Shown here: positions 43,784 through 58,400 of the stretch, piece after piece
Layout: every line of letters begins with the position of its first letter
Position numbering within the stretch: the stretch's first letter is position 1
NCBI GenBank assembly: GCA_002104945.1
Contig: MCFH01000055.1
Span: forward strand, 310,001 to 374,000
Reading direction: 5' to 3'
Length of the DNA stretch: 64,000 bases
DNA from: Piromyces finnis finn
Lineage: Eukaryota; Fungi; Neocallimastigomycota
Translations under genes and position numbers: made by a program
Notes under the pieces: model-generated
Told to the model about the DNA's origin: nothing
Databases searched by the model: none
Seen by the model: only the letters and a program-made list of their open reading frames with translations

Positions 43784-46687
43784 TTAAAGAGCTGGTTCTA
43801 CATAATTCTTTACTAATTCCCAGTAATGTGCTGCGTTGAATTTTTCAAGAGTTTCTTGTACCTTATATTCTGTTGGACATGGTTTAAATTTAAAGCCATT
43901 TTTAAATAATCTTTCTTTAATACTTCCTTCCCATACAAGGAAACATTTATTTTCTTTCTTTTCTTTTGGTTGTCCATCGCTTCCTTTTTCGTCATTTCCT
44001 TCATCCTCACCAGTATCCATCTTTTTGGAATCAGACCAATCAATTCTACGTAACATTAATTTTTTATATTGCTTAATACCTTTAGGTCCTCCTTCAACAA
44101 CAACCATACATTGAGTCGGACAAACAATAACTATACCTGTAAGATAAAGTTGTTGAGCATTAATATCCACTTTATATCTTTTTTGTCCATCAGACAAATC
44201 ATTCACCCTTTTAGGAGTGAAAAATAAAATAATAATAACAATAATAATAATAATAATAATAATAGTAATAATAATAATATAATATAAAATTAGAATATAT
44301 CATTATTATGATGGCATTATATTTAACTATTTAAATTTATATACACATTTTTTTTATTTTACATTTAAAAATTAACTTACTTAAATACAGCAACTTGAAC
44401 TACTTTACTTGTATCCTCCATAAGTTTTTTTTTTAACTTTTCACGTTTTTCTTCCTTGGTTAATTTCTTTTCTTCATTATGTTTTTTATGAGCATCTTGT
44501 CTACTCTTCATTTGTTCACGAACTTGAGCTTCTACCTTGGTTGGATCTAAAATGGCTTCATTACCCAAGACTCTCATTAAATTAGAAATCTTAACCTTTG
44601 GTTGATCGGGTGGTAATAATCCCATACGAATCTTATCTTGTTTATCACGTTGTTCTTCTAAACGACGTTGACGGCGAAGCTTCTTTCTTTCCTGTTACAG
44701 ACATAATACAGATTATAATGATGGGAGAAAATAAACAAATAAAAAAGATAATTAATTTATCATATAAATAATATTTTTATTCATTCATTTAATTTTTTTA
44801 ATATAACAATTCGTATTTATTGATTATATCAATATTTCATTTTTACCTTTTTAGTTAACATTAATGGTTTTGGTGGTGGTGGGCCATTATCTACTGGAGG
44901 ACTTATTTGTACTGGGTGTTGAATATATAAAGTAATAATTGAACCATTATCGGTATCAAAATTAATATTTTCTTCAATAGGTTCTACAATTTCTGGATTC
45001 TTCATAAGAGGAGCATCCCACCATTCAATATTTGGAGGAGCTTCTTTCTGTTATTCGTTAAAGAAAATAAATAATGAAAATAAATTAGAAAAAAAAGAAG
45101 TTACTATTATTTATACTAATAATATTATTTACTACTTTTCTTTTATTGCTATTATTATTAGTAGTAGTAGTAGTAGTAGTAGTAGTTAAATTTAAAACTT
45201 TTTATCTTTGAATTTTTTTTTTTTTTTTACCTTGACACTCATATCAGATACTAAATCCAATTCAACATCCATACCTGTCTTTTTTACAGAATCTGCAATT
45301 TCTTGCTTTAACTTTTCTAAACGAGCTTGAGTTCTCATTTGATTAGCTTGTTCTATATATTTACCTTTTGCATTAAAACGTAATGAACGAGATACTCTAG
45401 ATTTTGGAGCAATAGATTCTACTGCAAGATTTGGATCATAATATGGGTTTTTAGAAGGATCAGCAAATGATTCAATATTTGGCTTTTCTACTTTCATTTG
45501 TTTCTTTTTGTTGGCTGCTTGTGCTACACGTTGATTTGCTTTTGTTGTAGCAAAGTTAGCTTTCGGAATTAAATTAAACGGTATTTTACTGGTATCTGTT
45601 TTATCATTTTTTTCAAAAAGATGTTGTAAGGAAGGGTGAGCTTCAACTTTAAGACCTAAACCTTTTCTGCCTTGGTCACGTTCAGGCTAATAAAACATAT
45701 ATATTATAAATTATAATATTAAAATATTAAGGAAATCTTTTAGTTAATTTAAAAATGAATTTTTTTTTTTTTTTTTTTTTTGAATTATAATAATAAAAAT
45801 AATTACAGCTTGTGTTATATTAGCCTTAATAAAATTCGAGGAATACCGATAATAATATATATATATAATAAAAATTAAATAATTAAAAAAAAATAATAAT
45901 AATAAATTTAGATACTCATTATAGATTTCTTTGATTTCATTTTCAATATTTTTTTACACTTACAAATTGCGGGAAATTACTAAGTCTAGCCATAGCTCTT
46001 TCTTTAGCTTCTTGAATAATACGAGAAGTATTATCTAGTACTGGTCTAGCGCTAGTTCCAACTGGATTCATTGGCATGATGAAACCTCCAGTAGAAGAAG
46101 AAGAAGTATTAAGTTGTGGATTCTTTTTTTCCAAATCCTTTAATCTTTCTGAAATTTGCTTTCTAATTCTAGCAATTTCATCATCTTGCTATTTTTTCAA
46201 TGTAATTATAAAATGTTTGGATTTTATTTTATAAACATTAATATATAAAATAAATAAATTGGTAGAATAAAAAATAAAATAAAAGTGAAAATAAATAAAT
46301 AATTAAATAATAATAATGATAATAATAAAAAAAGTTATATATACTTTATAATATTAAATTTTTAATTTAACATTGAAAAATTAATAATTTAAATTTCATT
46401 TCTATTTTAAAAACAGTTTTAATTATAAAATTGTATTTAAATTTTATATTATCATAGACTATATCAATTTTAAATGTATAAATATTTTATAGTCTTATAG
46501 TCTTATATTTAAATTATTGTGTTATAAATGTAAAATATACTTATATAAGTATAAAAAAAAAAAAAAAAAAAAACATTGAAATTTATTATTAAAAATGTAC
46601 CTCAGACTTTGTTTTTGGAATTCCTGGTTTAAATCTTTTCGCTTCGTTTTCCTGATAATCATAATTTGGTCTCTTTTTTTGATCCAT
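43784..46687 (-). CDS. PRP3: U4/U6 snRNP protein Prp3, multi-exon
   Basis: NPYYDP; SLRFNAKGKYIEQA; PNIEWWD; YIQHP; LTKK|ERKKLRRQRR; MGLLPPDQPKVKISNLMRVLG; KVDINAQQLYLTG; VVVEGG; CFLVWEG. Confidence 0.96.
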
Positions 46688-47433
46688 GTTTTTATTTTTA
46701 TTATTATATAATTTTGAATGATTTTAAAGAATTGATTTATTAAATATATTTATGTATAAATAGGTATAGAATATATTTGATAATAGAATAGAAATAAAAA
46801 TAATCTTGAAAATTGTTTAATTTTTGAATTGAACAAAAAGAAAAGAAATAGTTAAATAAAATAAAAGAGAAAAAAAAAATAAAATAAAACAAAATAAAAT
46901 AAAAATTAATGGTTAGTTAACCTTTTTAGAGTATTATTATTATAAATGATTGATATTAATTATCTTTATTTATTATTACTATCATTATTATTATTATTCC
47001 TTTAAAAGTATATTATTAACCAATTATATTATTAATTCCATATCCAAATTTAAAATTTTACTTTAAATGATAGTTTTTACTATAGTATTAACTAAATGTT
47101 TAAATTGAAATTTCTAAAATTGGTTTTTAACAACTTTTAAAATATTCAAGAAAAAAAAAAAAAAGAAAAAAAGCAACTATTATTTATATGATAAAAATTA
47201 ATTTCTATATTAAATTTAAAGCCACATATTTTTATTTTTTTATTGAATTATAAATATAAAATATTCATCTTTTTAAATTAATAAAAGTTAAGCCATAATA
47301 AATGAAATAGTATTTATGTGTAATCCACCTACAAATTTGACATTCTTTATTCAATATATATAATATATATATTGTAGAATTTTTTTTTGAAATGAACACT
47401 ATATATATAAATCTATTATCATAAATTTTCAAT

Positions 47434-48495
47434 ATGACAGAAGTACTAACATATTTATTAAATCCTTCTAAACTTGATACTAATGAAGTAATGTTATTGT
47501 TAAATACTTATAATTAAATAATAAATATTGTAATAATATGATTATTATTAATACAGAATCAAAAAAAAAAAAAAAAAAAAAGATTTTAAGTTTTTGAAAT
47601 TTCAATTCCATTTTAATTTTATATTATTATTAAAAATAAAATAAGATAAAATGAATAAGTGAATAAATAAAAATAAAAGTAAAAAAGATAAAGAAAGAAA
47701 AGAAAATATTTTAATTATAAACATGATTTTAACTTTTTCATTTTTTTTATAAAATTAAAACTATAATTCTTTAATTCCAAAATTAAAGTTAAGTATTGAG
47801 GATGGTAAATTGCTTTTAAAAACATTTATGAAAAAAGCAAACTTTGTTAGTGAACCTATCAATGATCCTTCAAAATTATCAGAAAGACAAATTTTATACT
47901 TAAAATTGTCCTATAAGGTAAATTGGTTTGATTTATTGGATATATTAATTCCTTTTTAAAAAAGGCCAAAATTTGATTCTGAAATTCTTTTTAATTATGA
48001 ATTTTTTATTTTTAACCTTGTAATAAATTTTAATAATAATAACAATTTAAAACAAAAAGATAATATCAAGATTTAAATATACCATACAAGTAATTGAAGA
48101 AATATTACCAATAGAGTCACAAGCATTTTTATTTATATATTATGTTATTTTGTTAGTACCTATATATCATTGAAATTTTTCACTAATTAATTAGTATATA
48201 ATAAGAAAATATATATTTATTTGTTTTCTTGATTACTTCTTTTTTTTTATTATTATTATTAACAATATTTATATAATAGTTCAAAGGATAAAATTAATGT
48301 CGAAGATGTTTGTAATGATCCGAATATATTATATAAACGTTGGCTAATAAGGAACATATCAAAACCTAATACTCACCCAACAAATTATATTATAAAAGAA
48401 ATTCGAAGCTTAGATGGAACAGACCATCATCTTCAAGACCTAAATGATATAATTGAAAAGAATATTAATTATAATAGTAATCAAGAGGTAAAATT

Positions 48496-48529
<34 letters not shown>

Positions 48530-48578
48530 GCTGTTGTTATTGTTGTAAAATACAAAAATATAAATTTTAAAATAGTTA

Positions 48579-48609
<31 letters not shown>

Positions 48610-51600
48610 GTGACCTAATAAAGCAAATGAAAACATACACAAATTACTAAAAATTTCTTCAAATAAATTGTTTCTTATACATATTAAAAAAAAAAAAAAA
48701 AGGTACTTAGTAATTGGAAATGTCAATATCATATATTTAGTTTTTTATGCCAATTGTCTTATGAAATTGGGAATTATTATATATATAAAGAAGACTTTGC
48801 AAATGCAGAAATTCATTTTAGACGTTGTGATACCCTTCTTCAATTAGGTGATATTTATAATGATAAATTTTGGTAATTAACAACTCTTTATTAATCGCAT
48901 CATTATCATACATATACTTATATATATATAAAATAAAAAAAAAAAAAAAAAAAAAACTAATAATATTTATTTGAATTTATATTTATTAATATATTATTTT
49001 TGTATTATTTATTTGATTATATTTAAACTAAAAATACATATAGTGATGTTGAAAAAACCCAAGTAGACGATTTATTATATGTATGTGAATTATTCAATAA
49101 TTCATTAGATAATAAAATTAATAAAATACAAAAATTTATTGATGAAGAAACATACAATGAAGATTTAATTAATGTATTAATGGAAGATAATAATTCTGAA
49201 AAGAAATTGATATCAAAGGAAATACGACAATATTTAGTAGAGCAATCAAAGGAACAACCAGTCATTTCCATAGGCATTGCTGTTGTGAATGCTTTAAACA
49301 ACATTAATATTACTAGCGAACAAGATATATCTAAAGAAAAATTAGATATGATAAATCAACAGAATGGTAACAAGCATTGCTACTTTATTTTGATAATAAA
49401 AAAAAATTAATCATCTATTATTTTATTATTAATAATTTTTCTTATCGATATTGAAATCTCTATTAAATTTACAAATCTTATAATTTAATTTTTAATTATT
49501 TAATTTTAAAAAAAAAAAAAAGGCGAGCTTTTTATTCATATTTTATCAATGATGACTTATTCAATGGATGTTAAGAGTTTATCCAAAGATCTTATATTTA
49601 AAATATTTAAAAAAGCTATGGAAGATAATATTAATAATAATATTGTAAAAGAAAAAATCATTAACTTTGTTTGTCAATTATGTTATTATATCGATAATAC
49701 AGAATATTGGAATGATTTCTTTGAAAATATATCAAGTATAGATTTTATATAAATATTCATATATATTATAAATAATTATTTTTGATAGACCATTAATATT
49801 TTATATATATAAATGAATTATATTTTATTGTAGATAATTATCCACAAGAATGGTCTATATTCCAGAGACTTAAACAAGTAGAAGCAGTAAGTATTCATCA
49901 ACACCAATAATATAAAAAAATAAAAATAAAAATAAAACTAAAAACTCTTATTAATAATATAATTCATTAATAAATAAAATTTATAAATTGATTAGATTAA
50001 TAATTATGTAGTAAACAGTGAAATCTGGGGTTCTATTGGAAATAGTAGTATTGCTGAAGGTGAAACTGATTATATTGAAAATGTTGAAGTAAGTTAATAA
50101 CAATAGATATTTTTAGTAGTTAATAATATGTGAAATTTTATTATTGTTGTTGTTGTTGTATTAATAATAACATGAATAATAATTGAATTACAAATTTTAT
50201 AATATCAGTCATGTAATATAATGAGAAAATTAATGATATATCCAGAATCAGATGATCTTATCAAAGCAACTTCTATTAATAGTGTTGATAAAGTAAAAAT
50301 AATATAAAAAAATTTAATATAACCCTCTATGATACAATGAATACAAAAAGTTGTTAATTAACAGTCTATTATTATTATAATAATTATTTTAGATGGGTGT
50401 AAGTCTTGTTAAAGCTCTTTTACAACATGGTGAAAGATTTTATAACGAGGTTAGTAATAATTTTATTAATACTTAAATAAAGCTTACTTTTAAGTAAAAA
50501 ATATATTAATAATATTAAAATAATAAATATATATACCAATTTTTTTTTCCTAAATTGTAGAGTCAATATGAAAAAGCAATTCAGATATTTAATCGTTATG
50601 GACAATTTTTAGCAAATCAACTGGAAAGTGATAGTATTCATTTTCAACAAATAATTAAAAATACTACTATTGCCCAATCTTTAGAAAAAATTAATCAATT
50701 TTATGATAATAATAAATTTCTTTTGATGATACCCTCAATGCAACAAAAAGACACTGAGCAAGAAGATATTTTATGGAGTGATTTCATGAATATTTTCCAA
50801 TATTCTGGACCAGTAGATTTAGAACTTTTGGTAATTTAATGATTATTAACATTAATTATTTAAAATAAATCATACCTATATTCATCTCAATTAATAGTCA
50901 TATAAAATTAGTATTAAAATAGTTTTGTATTGATTTTTACTGATGATTAACATTTATTAATTTTATCTTTCTAACTCTTAAAAAATTAGAAACGTATTTT
51001 AGGCACTGCTTTAAGAAACGTAAATATAAAATTTATAGAGGGATATATACGGTTTATAAATTCTTGGTATCAAGATAGTAAGTAAAAATATATATTTCTA
51101 TGATTATTATTCTTTAATTATTAACTATTAAATTTATCTTTTAGATGCTGCCATGATACAAGAAGGTTCTCTTCAAGCTGCTTATATAGATCAGCGACTT
51201 TGTAAAATATCGTTAATTATATCTCATCAAATTAAAAATTTAATTGAATCTGGTATTGATTTTTCAAATGATGCTAGTATTAATGGTAAAAATAAAAGAA
51301 AAAGAAATGATACCTATTTTTCATCTAAATCATTATTAAAGTTCAAAAAATAATAACAATTCTGCTCCCTTTTATTATTTAATTTCTAGATGATTCAAAA
51401 TATTCACAACTTCAAGAAAAAACTATAGAAGAATTACGTATATTCTGTTTTAGACTTTTTGATTGTTTATTGCCAAATACTTCTTTATATGATATCAAGG
51501 TAGATGTTATGTTTTTATAATACTTAAATATGTTGTTTATTAATGTTTATTATTAATATTATTATTATTTTATTATTGTGTTTTTATATTTATTTAATAT

Positions 51601-53042
51601 TGTATTAGACTCTTTTAACAGCATTTTCCGATATATTGAAAAATGCAAAAAATATTAATATCTCTACCTTTATTGGAGGATGTATTGCAGGAATTCTTCA
51701 TCGTGTTGGTTTATTGGTAATACTATAGTTAGCTTAAAAATAAATAATGAAGTTTTTATCCAATTTTAACAATATATATAATTTTTGGAATAATATAAAT
51801 AGATTAATCTTGAGTCTTTTGGCATTAATGCAGTAATTTCAGCATCACCCTTAGCACCAGACATTGTTAAATCATGGGCAAAGTAATAATATTGATAATA
51901 TATTATATATTAAAAGTATTTCATATATAAAATATATATTAAGATTTTTCTTTTTTCTAATACTGTTTTCTTAAACAACAAAAGTGCACAATATGTATTG
52001 AAGATTTTAAATTCAAAACCTATTAATGATACTATTTTTAAAGAAAATGTTGAAACTATAAAAGAGTTTATTATACCAATTTTAATGCAAAATATATATT
52101 CCTCGATTCTCTATGAACAAAAGCATGTTGATTGTACAGGTCTTTTTTGTCTTGCTGATTTATATTTTATTAATCAAGACTATGATAATTCTTTGAAGTA
52201 AAAATTATTAATAAATAATAATAATACGCTAAATAAAAATAATAATAATGATAATAACATATTATCTATTTGTATTTCCATTTTTGTAAAATAACAATCA
52301 ATTTTTTTATATCATTAAAGATACTTCTTAAATGCATTATCGTTACTTTCATCTCAATTTACACATATGGAAAAATTAGAAAATATTTGGTATTCAAGAA
52401 TTACTTCACAAATTATACAATGTTGTATAAATAAAAAAGAATGGTTACTAGCATGTATTTTGTATCAATTTAGTTTTAAAATTGATTATATATCAGCCTA
52501 TAATTTAATTCAAAAGTCAATTAATGAAAATCAAATTTACCAAGAAATTAAAATTGGTAATATTTATATAATTGATAATAAGCATGAACCAACTGAACAA
52601 ACGTTTACTTCATTAAATTTCTTTTGGGATCTTTCTCTTATGGAATATTGTATAGGTAATATTAATATCTTTTTTTTTTTTTTTTTTCCATATTATAATA
52701 GTATATATAATTTATTTATTTTTATTTACATAAAAAAAAAAATGAAATATCATTGGCTTATTTTATTTAATAGATTGTTTTCAAAAAAGAGGCATGCTAG
52801 ATGAAACAAATAAAATAGTAAGAATTTTTGAAGATTTTAACTTGAGATAATTCATAAAACAAAAAAATAATAAAGTATTAATAATCTTTTTATTTCAATT
52901 ATATTTTAATAATAATCCGATATTATAGAAAGAGCATATCTCAAATACTTATTCAGTGGACGAATCTACCCGAAAGATTATCATATCCAAAATACAAAAA
53001 ACATTTTTAAGATACTTGACAGAAAAAGTTATTAGCATTTAA
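47434..53042 (+). CDS. INTS8: Integrator complex subunit 8 homologue, about 20 exons
   Basis: Collinear matches to remembered human INTS8: LYKRWLIRNI (LYNRWAIRTI); CQLSYEIGNYY (CQVCYDLGAAY); LMEDN..IRQ (FIEDN..FRQ); LADLYFINQDYDNSLKYFL (QADIYFATNQYSAALHYYL); QIIQCC..ACILYQF..IDYISAYNLIQ (RMIKCC..VAILCQF..IDYKTAFKSLQ); FWDLSLMEY..QKRG (IWDVTILEY..HKRG); KTFLRYL (KKFLQAM). Confidence 0.85.
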
Positions 53043-53903
53043 TATTTTATTAATCACGAAATAAACTTAAAATGTATAATGTAAAATATAAATAATGTAT
53101 ATGCAGTTCAATATAAAAATATATTAATCATAAAAAACAACACTCTTAATAATATTAGAATATTAATATTATATATATCTTTTTTTTTTTAATTCTTTAC
53201 GATTATTAAATTTTATACTTTTATATTTTATATATATTAGCATCTTCAAAATTTAATAAAATTATTAATTATTATATGTTATATACTTGCTTATTTATTC
53301 ATTTATTTTTAATATTCAATTATTCAATTATAAATTATTATAAATTAATTTAATATATTTAGGTTAGGTTTTGAATAAAAATATTTTTTTTAGTAAATAA
53401 TTTTTTCATAGAAATTAAGGTTTATTAAGATCATTAAACTTTTTCAAAAATTTTCTATTTTTAAGATATAGGGAGCAATTAATGGATAGTAATTATAATT
53501 TATTCATATAAAAAATTCCTTATACGTCAATTAATTATTATTATAATTATATAATATTATTAATTATACTTGATAATATATTTCAATCATCTTATAATTA
53601 TTCATTATTTATTATTATTATTATTATTAGTATTACAATTCAAATCATTCTACACAATTAAACAACTTTGTTTTAATCTTCAATATTTAAGGCATTCACA
53701 AGGATTAAAAAATAATAATAATAATAATAATAAATTTTGTTCTATTTTGTTATTATTGTTGATTAATATTAAAATAATTAAAATATTATATTTAGAGGAA
53801 ACGTTTGACAAAAAATAATAAAAATAATAATAATTAAAAAAAAAAAAAAAATTAAAAATAAAAGTATTTCACAATACAAAACGAAGAGAATTAATAGAAT
53901 AAA

Positions 53904-55181
53904 ATGCAATATACAACATCACTGGAAATTGAAATTCCACAATATTCTAAAAGTAATATTGTAAAAAATGAATACGAATCAAATATGAAAATAAAAGATA
54001 AATATGAAAAAGAAATTAAGTTGTTAAAGAATCAAATAGAAATCTTAAATACTAAATTAAAATTTTCGGAAAAACGAAATGCAGAATCAGGAGAGCAATT
54101 AGAAATGGTAAATAAACAAATGAAGGATAACGATGATGAATTAGTTAAATTAAGAAATCAAAATAACTCATTAAAAAGAGAAAATGTTACTTTAAAAGAT
54201 AATAATTTATCTATTAATGTTCAAAATACCCATTTAACTACAGATTTCAATGAAATTGCAACACATTATGCTCATTTGAAAGAAAAATATGAACAACTAT
54301 CGAAAGATAATGAAAAATTAAAAAAAACCAATATTTCTCTTTCCGACAAGTATTCGGAACTAACCAAAGAATACAATCATATTTCTTCTCAATATTTGAA
54401 AATTAAAGATAAAGTAGAACAAATCGTAAAAGAAAATACAAAAATTATTTTTGAAAATAAAAAATTAAATCAACAAATACAAGAATTAATTGAAGAGATT
54501 CAGAAGTTAAATGATAATGCAAAAGATTTAGCCAATACCAATGATAAATTAACTGATGATATTAAAGAAATGACTATAGATATTAAAAATTTAACTATAG
54601 AATTAAAGTCTCTCAAGAATCAAAATCAAACTCTCCAAATAGAGAATTCAGAGTATAGGGAAAGATGCTCACGAAACTCTAAGGAAATTGAAAAATATCG
54701 CTTAGAAAATACAAAATTAGCCAATCAATTAAAATTGGCACTTGAAGAAAATTGCAAACTTCAAAAAATGAATACCAATTTAAATATTGATAATAAGCAA
54801 TTAATGTCGCAAAACGAGACACTTATTCAAGAAAATGATATTATTAATAAAGAGGTTGGACAACTTCGTAAAAAAATACGTGAACTTAAAGAATTAAATG
54901 AAAAGTATTGCGATGAAATTAGTCAACTTCATAGTGAAAATGAGCGTATGTGTGGTGAACGTGCTGTATTAGAAGGAAGAATTAAGAGAGGTCTTAATCA
55001 AATTAATGAAATCCAACGTATGAATAAAAATTTAGAAGATGAATTAAATACCAAACAGCAAGAAAAATATAAATCCCAAATAAGTCAACATTACTTATCT
55101 TCCACAACAAAAAATATAAAAAAAAATAAAAATCCAAATTCGGAATTTAATTTAGAAATTAATTTTAAACCTACAAAATAG
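53904..55181 (+). CDS. Uncharacterised long coiled-coil protein (425 aa ORF)
   Basis: Uninterrupted ORF with heptad L/I/N periodicity, K/E/N/Q-rich. No family recognised; extra exons are possible. Confidence 0.7.
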   Translation: MQYTTSLEIEIPQYSKSNIVKNEYESNMKIKDKYEKEIKLLKNQIEILNTKLKFSEKRNAESGEQLEMVNKQMKDNDDELVKLRNQNNSLKRENVTLKDNNLSINVQNTHLTTDFNEIATHYAHLKEKYEQLSKDNEKLKKTNISLSDKYSELTKEYNHISSQYLKIKDKVEQIVKENTKIIFENKKLNQQIQELIEEIQKLNDNAKDLANTNDKLTDDIKEMTIDIKNLTIELKSLKNQNQTLQIENSEYRERCSRNSKEIEKYRLENTKLANQLKLALEENCKLQKMNTNLNIDNKQLMSQNETLIQENDIINKEVGQLRKKIRELKELNEKYCDEISQLHSENERMCGERAVLEGRIKRGLNQINEIQRMNKNLEDELNTKQQEKYKSQISQHYLSSTTKNIKKNKNPNSEFNLEINFKPTK

Positions 55182-55419
55182 AATTAATACTAAAATTAAC
55201 AACATTAAACCTATATAAACGAAAACAAAATATTGTTTTTTTTTAAAAAAAAATTGATAATTTATTTATTTATTTATTTATTTATTTATTTTAGAGTTGT
55301 AACACATTTTTTCCTACAGATATGGAATAAATTTTTGATTTTATTAATAACTATTCTATATAATTATAATTATACAGAAAAAGTTTATAGTATTTTTGAA
55401 TATTCATATGAAAAAAGTT

Positions 55420-55451
<32 letters not shown>

Positions 55452-58400
55452 GCTAAATGAGAAAGTCAATTTTACTTTTTAAATATTTAATTATATATGT
55501 ATTTTTTACATATATAAATATTTTAATTATATTAATATTCTATACAAGTTTTATAAGAATATTAAATAAATTGAATAAATATTATATATTTCATTTAACA
55601 TTTTTTTTTGTCTTTTAATTTTTTGGTTACCTTTTTCATTTATATATTTAAAAGTAAACATAAGATAGATATGGTGTAAGTAAATATTTTTTTTTCACTA
55701 TTTTAATTATTAAAAATTTTATTTTAAAAATATTAAAGGGTTGGATTTAATATTATATTGAGAAATTATTTAATTTTTAATAATAATAAAAGAAAAAGAA
55801 AAAAGAAACTAATAATAATTATATATTTATATAATACGTGATAATAATAAAACAATTAATTTTAGAATTAAAATTTACATTAGTTATAAGCAACTTTTAA
55901 TATTTAAATATATTTTATATTTTAAAAAATATTATTATTTGAAAAAATTAAAATATTACAAAAATAATATTAATAAAATTAATAACCTTTAAGACATAAT
56001 ATTATACCATAATAATATAAATATTCTAAATATTTTTGAGTAGTTCATTAAAAAAAAGTAATTTTTTAAATCATTTATAATAAATGTTGTGTAAGTATTA
56101 ATAAAATTTATAAAATATTATTATTGTATTAATACTAGTAATTTTAGTATTTGTTAAATTTTATAATAGTGGAATTAAAATTTATACTTTCTACTTTTAA
56201 TGCATTTAAAATTATATAGTTAATTTACGAAAAACTCTTTTTATATTATTATATTCTGTATTATATACTCTTTCTTTTTCTTAACTTTGGTAAGGTTGTT
56301 TCAAATCACTAATATATAACTTATTTATTTACCATAATTTTAAATAAAATAAATATTTAATTTAAATATAATCTATTTTAATAAATGATATTAATAATAT
56401 AAATATAATTTAAAAAATAAATAATTATCTTTAAATTTAATATTTTCATGTTACACAGATATTAATCAGTTTATGTTTTATATTAATTTATGAATTATTA
56501 TAATTTAAATAGATATTTCAAAAAAAAAAAGAAGTTTCGAAAGAAAATGAAGAATAAAAAATATAAAGTTTTAAAAAAGTAAAAATACTACTTTATACTT
56601 TTAAAGTATAAATTTTTACTTAATTATAACTTATTTAATTAAATAATAATAAATAAATAAATAAATAAATAAATTACTATATTATATGTGTAATTTTTCT
56701 TTATTTTTCTTATTAATTTAATTACTTCTATTTATTGTATATATTGCTAAATAACATATATATATAATAAATAACATTTAAACTAAATAATATAATGAAT
56801 TAGTTTTAAGCAAAAAATAATTTTCACATAATATGAATGAATGAATAACAATAAAAAAATATATATTTTTAAGAATATTAGTAATATAGTAATATGCACA
56901 TAATAAATAAATAAAGAAATTTATAATCAATCTTTTTAGATTATATCTCTTAAAAGATATTTAAACTTTTATAGACTTTTTATTACTTTTGTTGTCAATA
57001 ATTATGGCATTATAAAAAGTACGACATAAAATGTAAAGTTAAAAGAAAAAACTACTATTAAGTAATTATTTTTTTTAAAAAAAAAATAGTGTTGATTCTA
57101 AAATAAATAATGAACCTAAACTTATTTTAAGAGAATTTCATAAAAATTCTTATTATATTTTTCTTTATTCTATTTTACTATAACCCTAATTTTATATTTT
57201 ATATTTTTTATAGATTAGGATTTTTTTTTATTTGATAGAACTTTAATTGATATTAAAATATTTAAATTATTATTTTGTAATAATTTAATAGAATATCTAA
57301 TTGTAAAATAAAAATAATATTAAAAAGTTAAAACATTAATATTTTGTTAAAACCAAATCAAATTATTCATATTAATCTCAGTTTCCTTAAAAATATTTAA
57401 GAACTAAAATAATATTCATTGATTTTAAAAAGAAATAAAAATGATCAGTTTATTTACAATTTTTACATCGAAATTTGATGTATAAATAAGGTTCTGATTA
57501 ATATAGTTAATAATTATTATGTTAAAAATATACACATACACAAAAAAAAGGAAATTTTTCTATCTTAAAATTGTAATGAAAATTTATGAAATTATTATTA
57601 TTTTATCATTATACAGTTACATCTGTCTATTTAAAAAGTAAATGTTTAAAAATATTTTATTACTTCAAAAATAATATTTTTTTTTGTATCTTTCTATGTT
57701 ATTATGAAAAAAAAAAAGAATATGAAAAAGATATAATGTAATTTTTTCTTTATTTTATATATTTTAAAATTTAGATTTTATTGGTAAAACTATCTTTTTT
57801 TTGGAATTTTATTAAAAAGGGTATTTAATATAAATAAAAGTTTCATTAGAGATTTTGAAACTTTCTGGTTTATTTTATAGTTTATCAACTCCATATTTTC
57901 ATTTTTTTATTATTTTTTTTCAATTTCAAATTTCATATTTTTTTTAACTTTTTGTATGTTAAACTTTTATTAGACATTTTTATTAATAAAAATTCTATAT
58001 ATAAAAGGAAATTTTATAATTTATTAATAATTAAAATTTAAAACAATTTAAACATTTTATTGGAATACAAAAAAAAAAAAAAATATATATATATATTTTT
58101 TTTTAAAAGAAACCTTTATTATAGTTTTTTCCAAAAAATCAATACATAAAATAAGGAATTATGTAATAAATTGGTTTACCAAAAATAATCTCTTCCAGTC
58201 TAATTGTCTATCATTTATAATAATTTAAATAACTAAAAATTTCATATAAAGTTTGTTAATCCACATTTAAACTTTCAATAGTTACGTAATGCTTTAAAAA
58301 TTCAAACCTGAATAATTTTATACATAGAATATAAAATATATTTAAAAAAATATAAAAACTTGTTATGGCTATAAAATATTTTATATATAAAATCAATATT

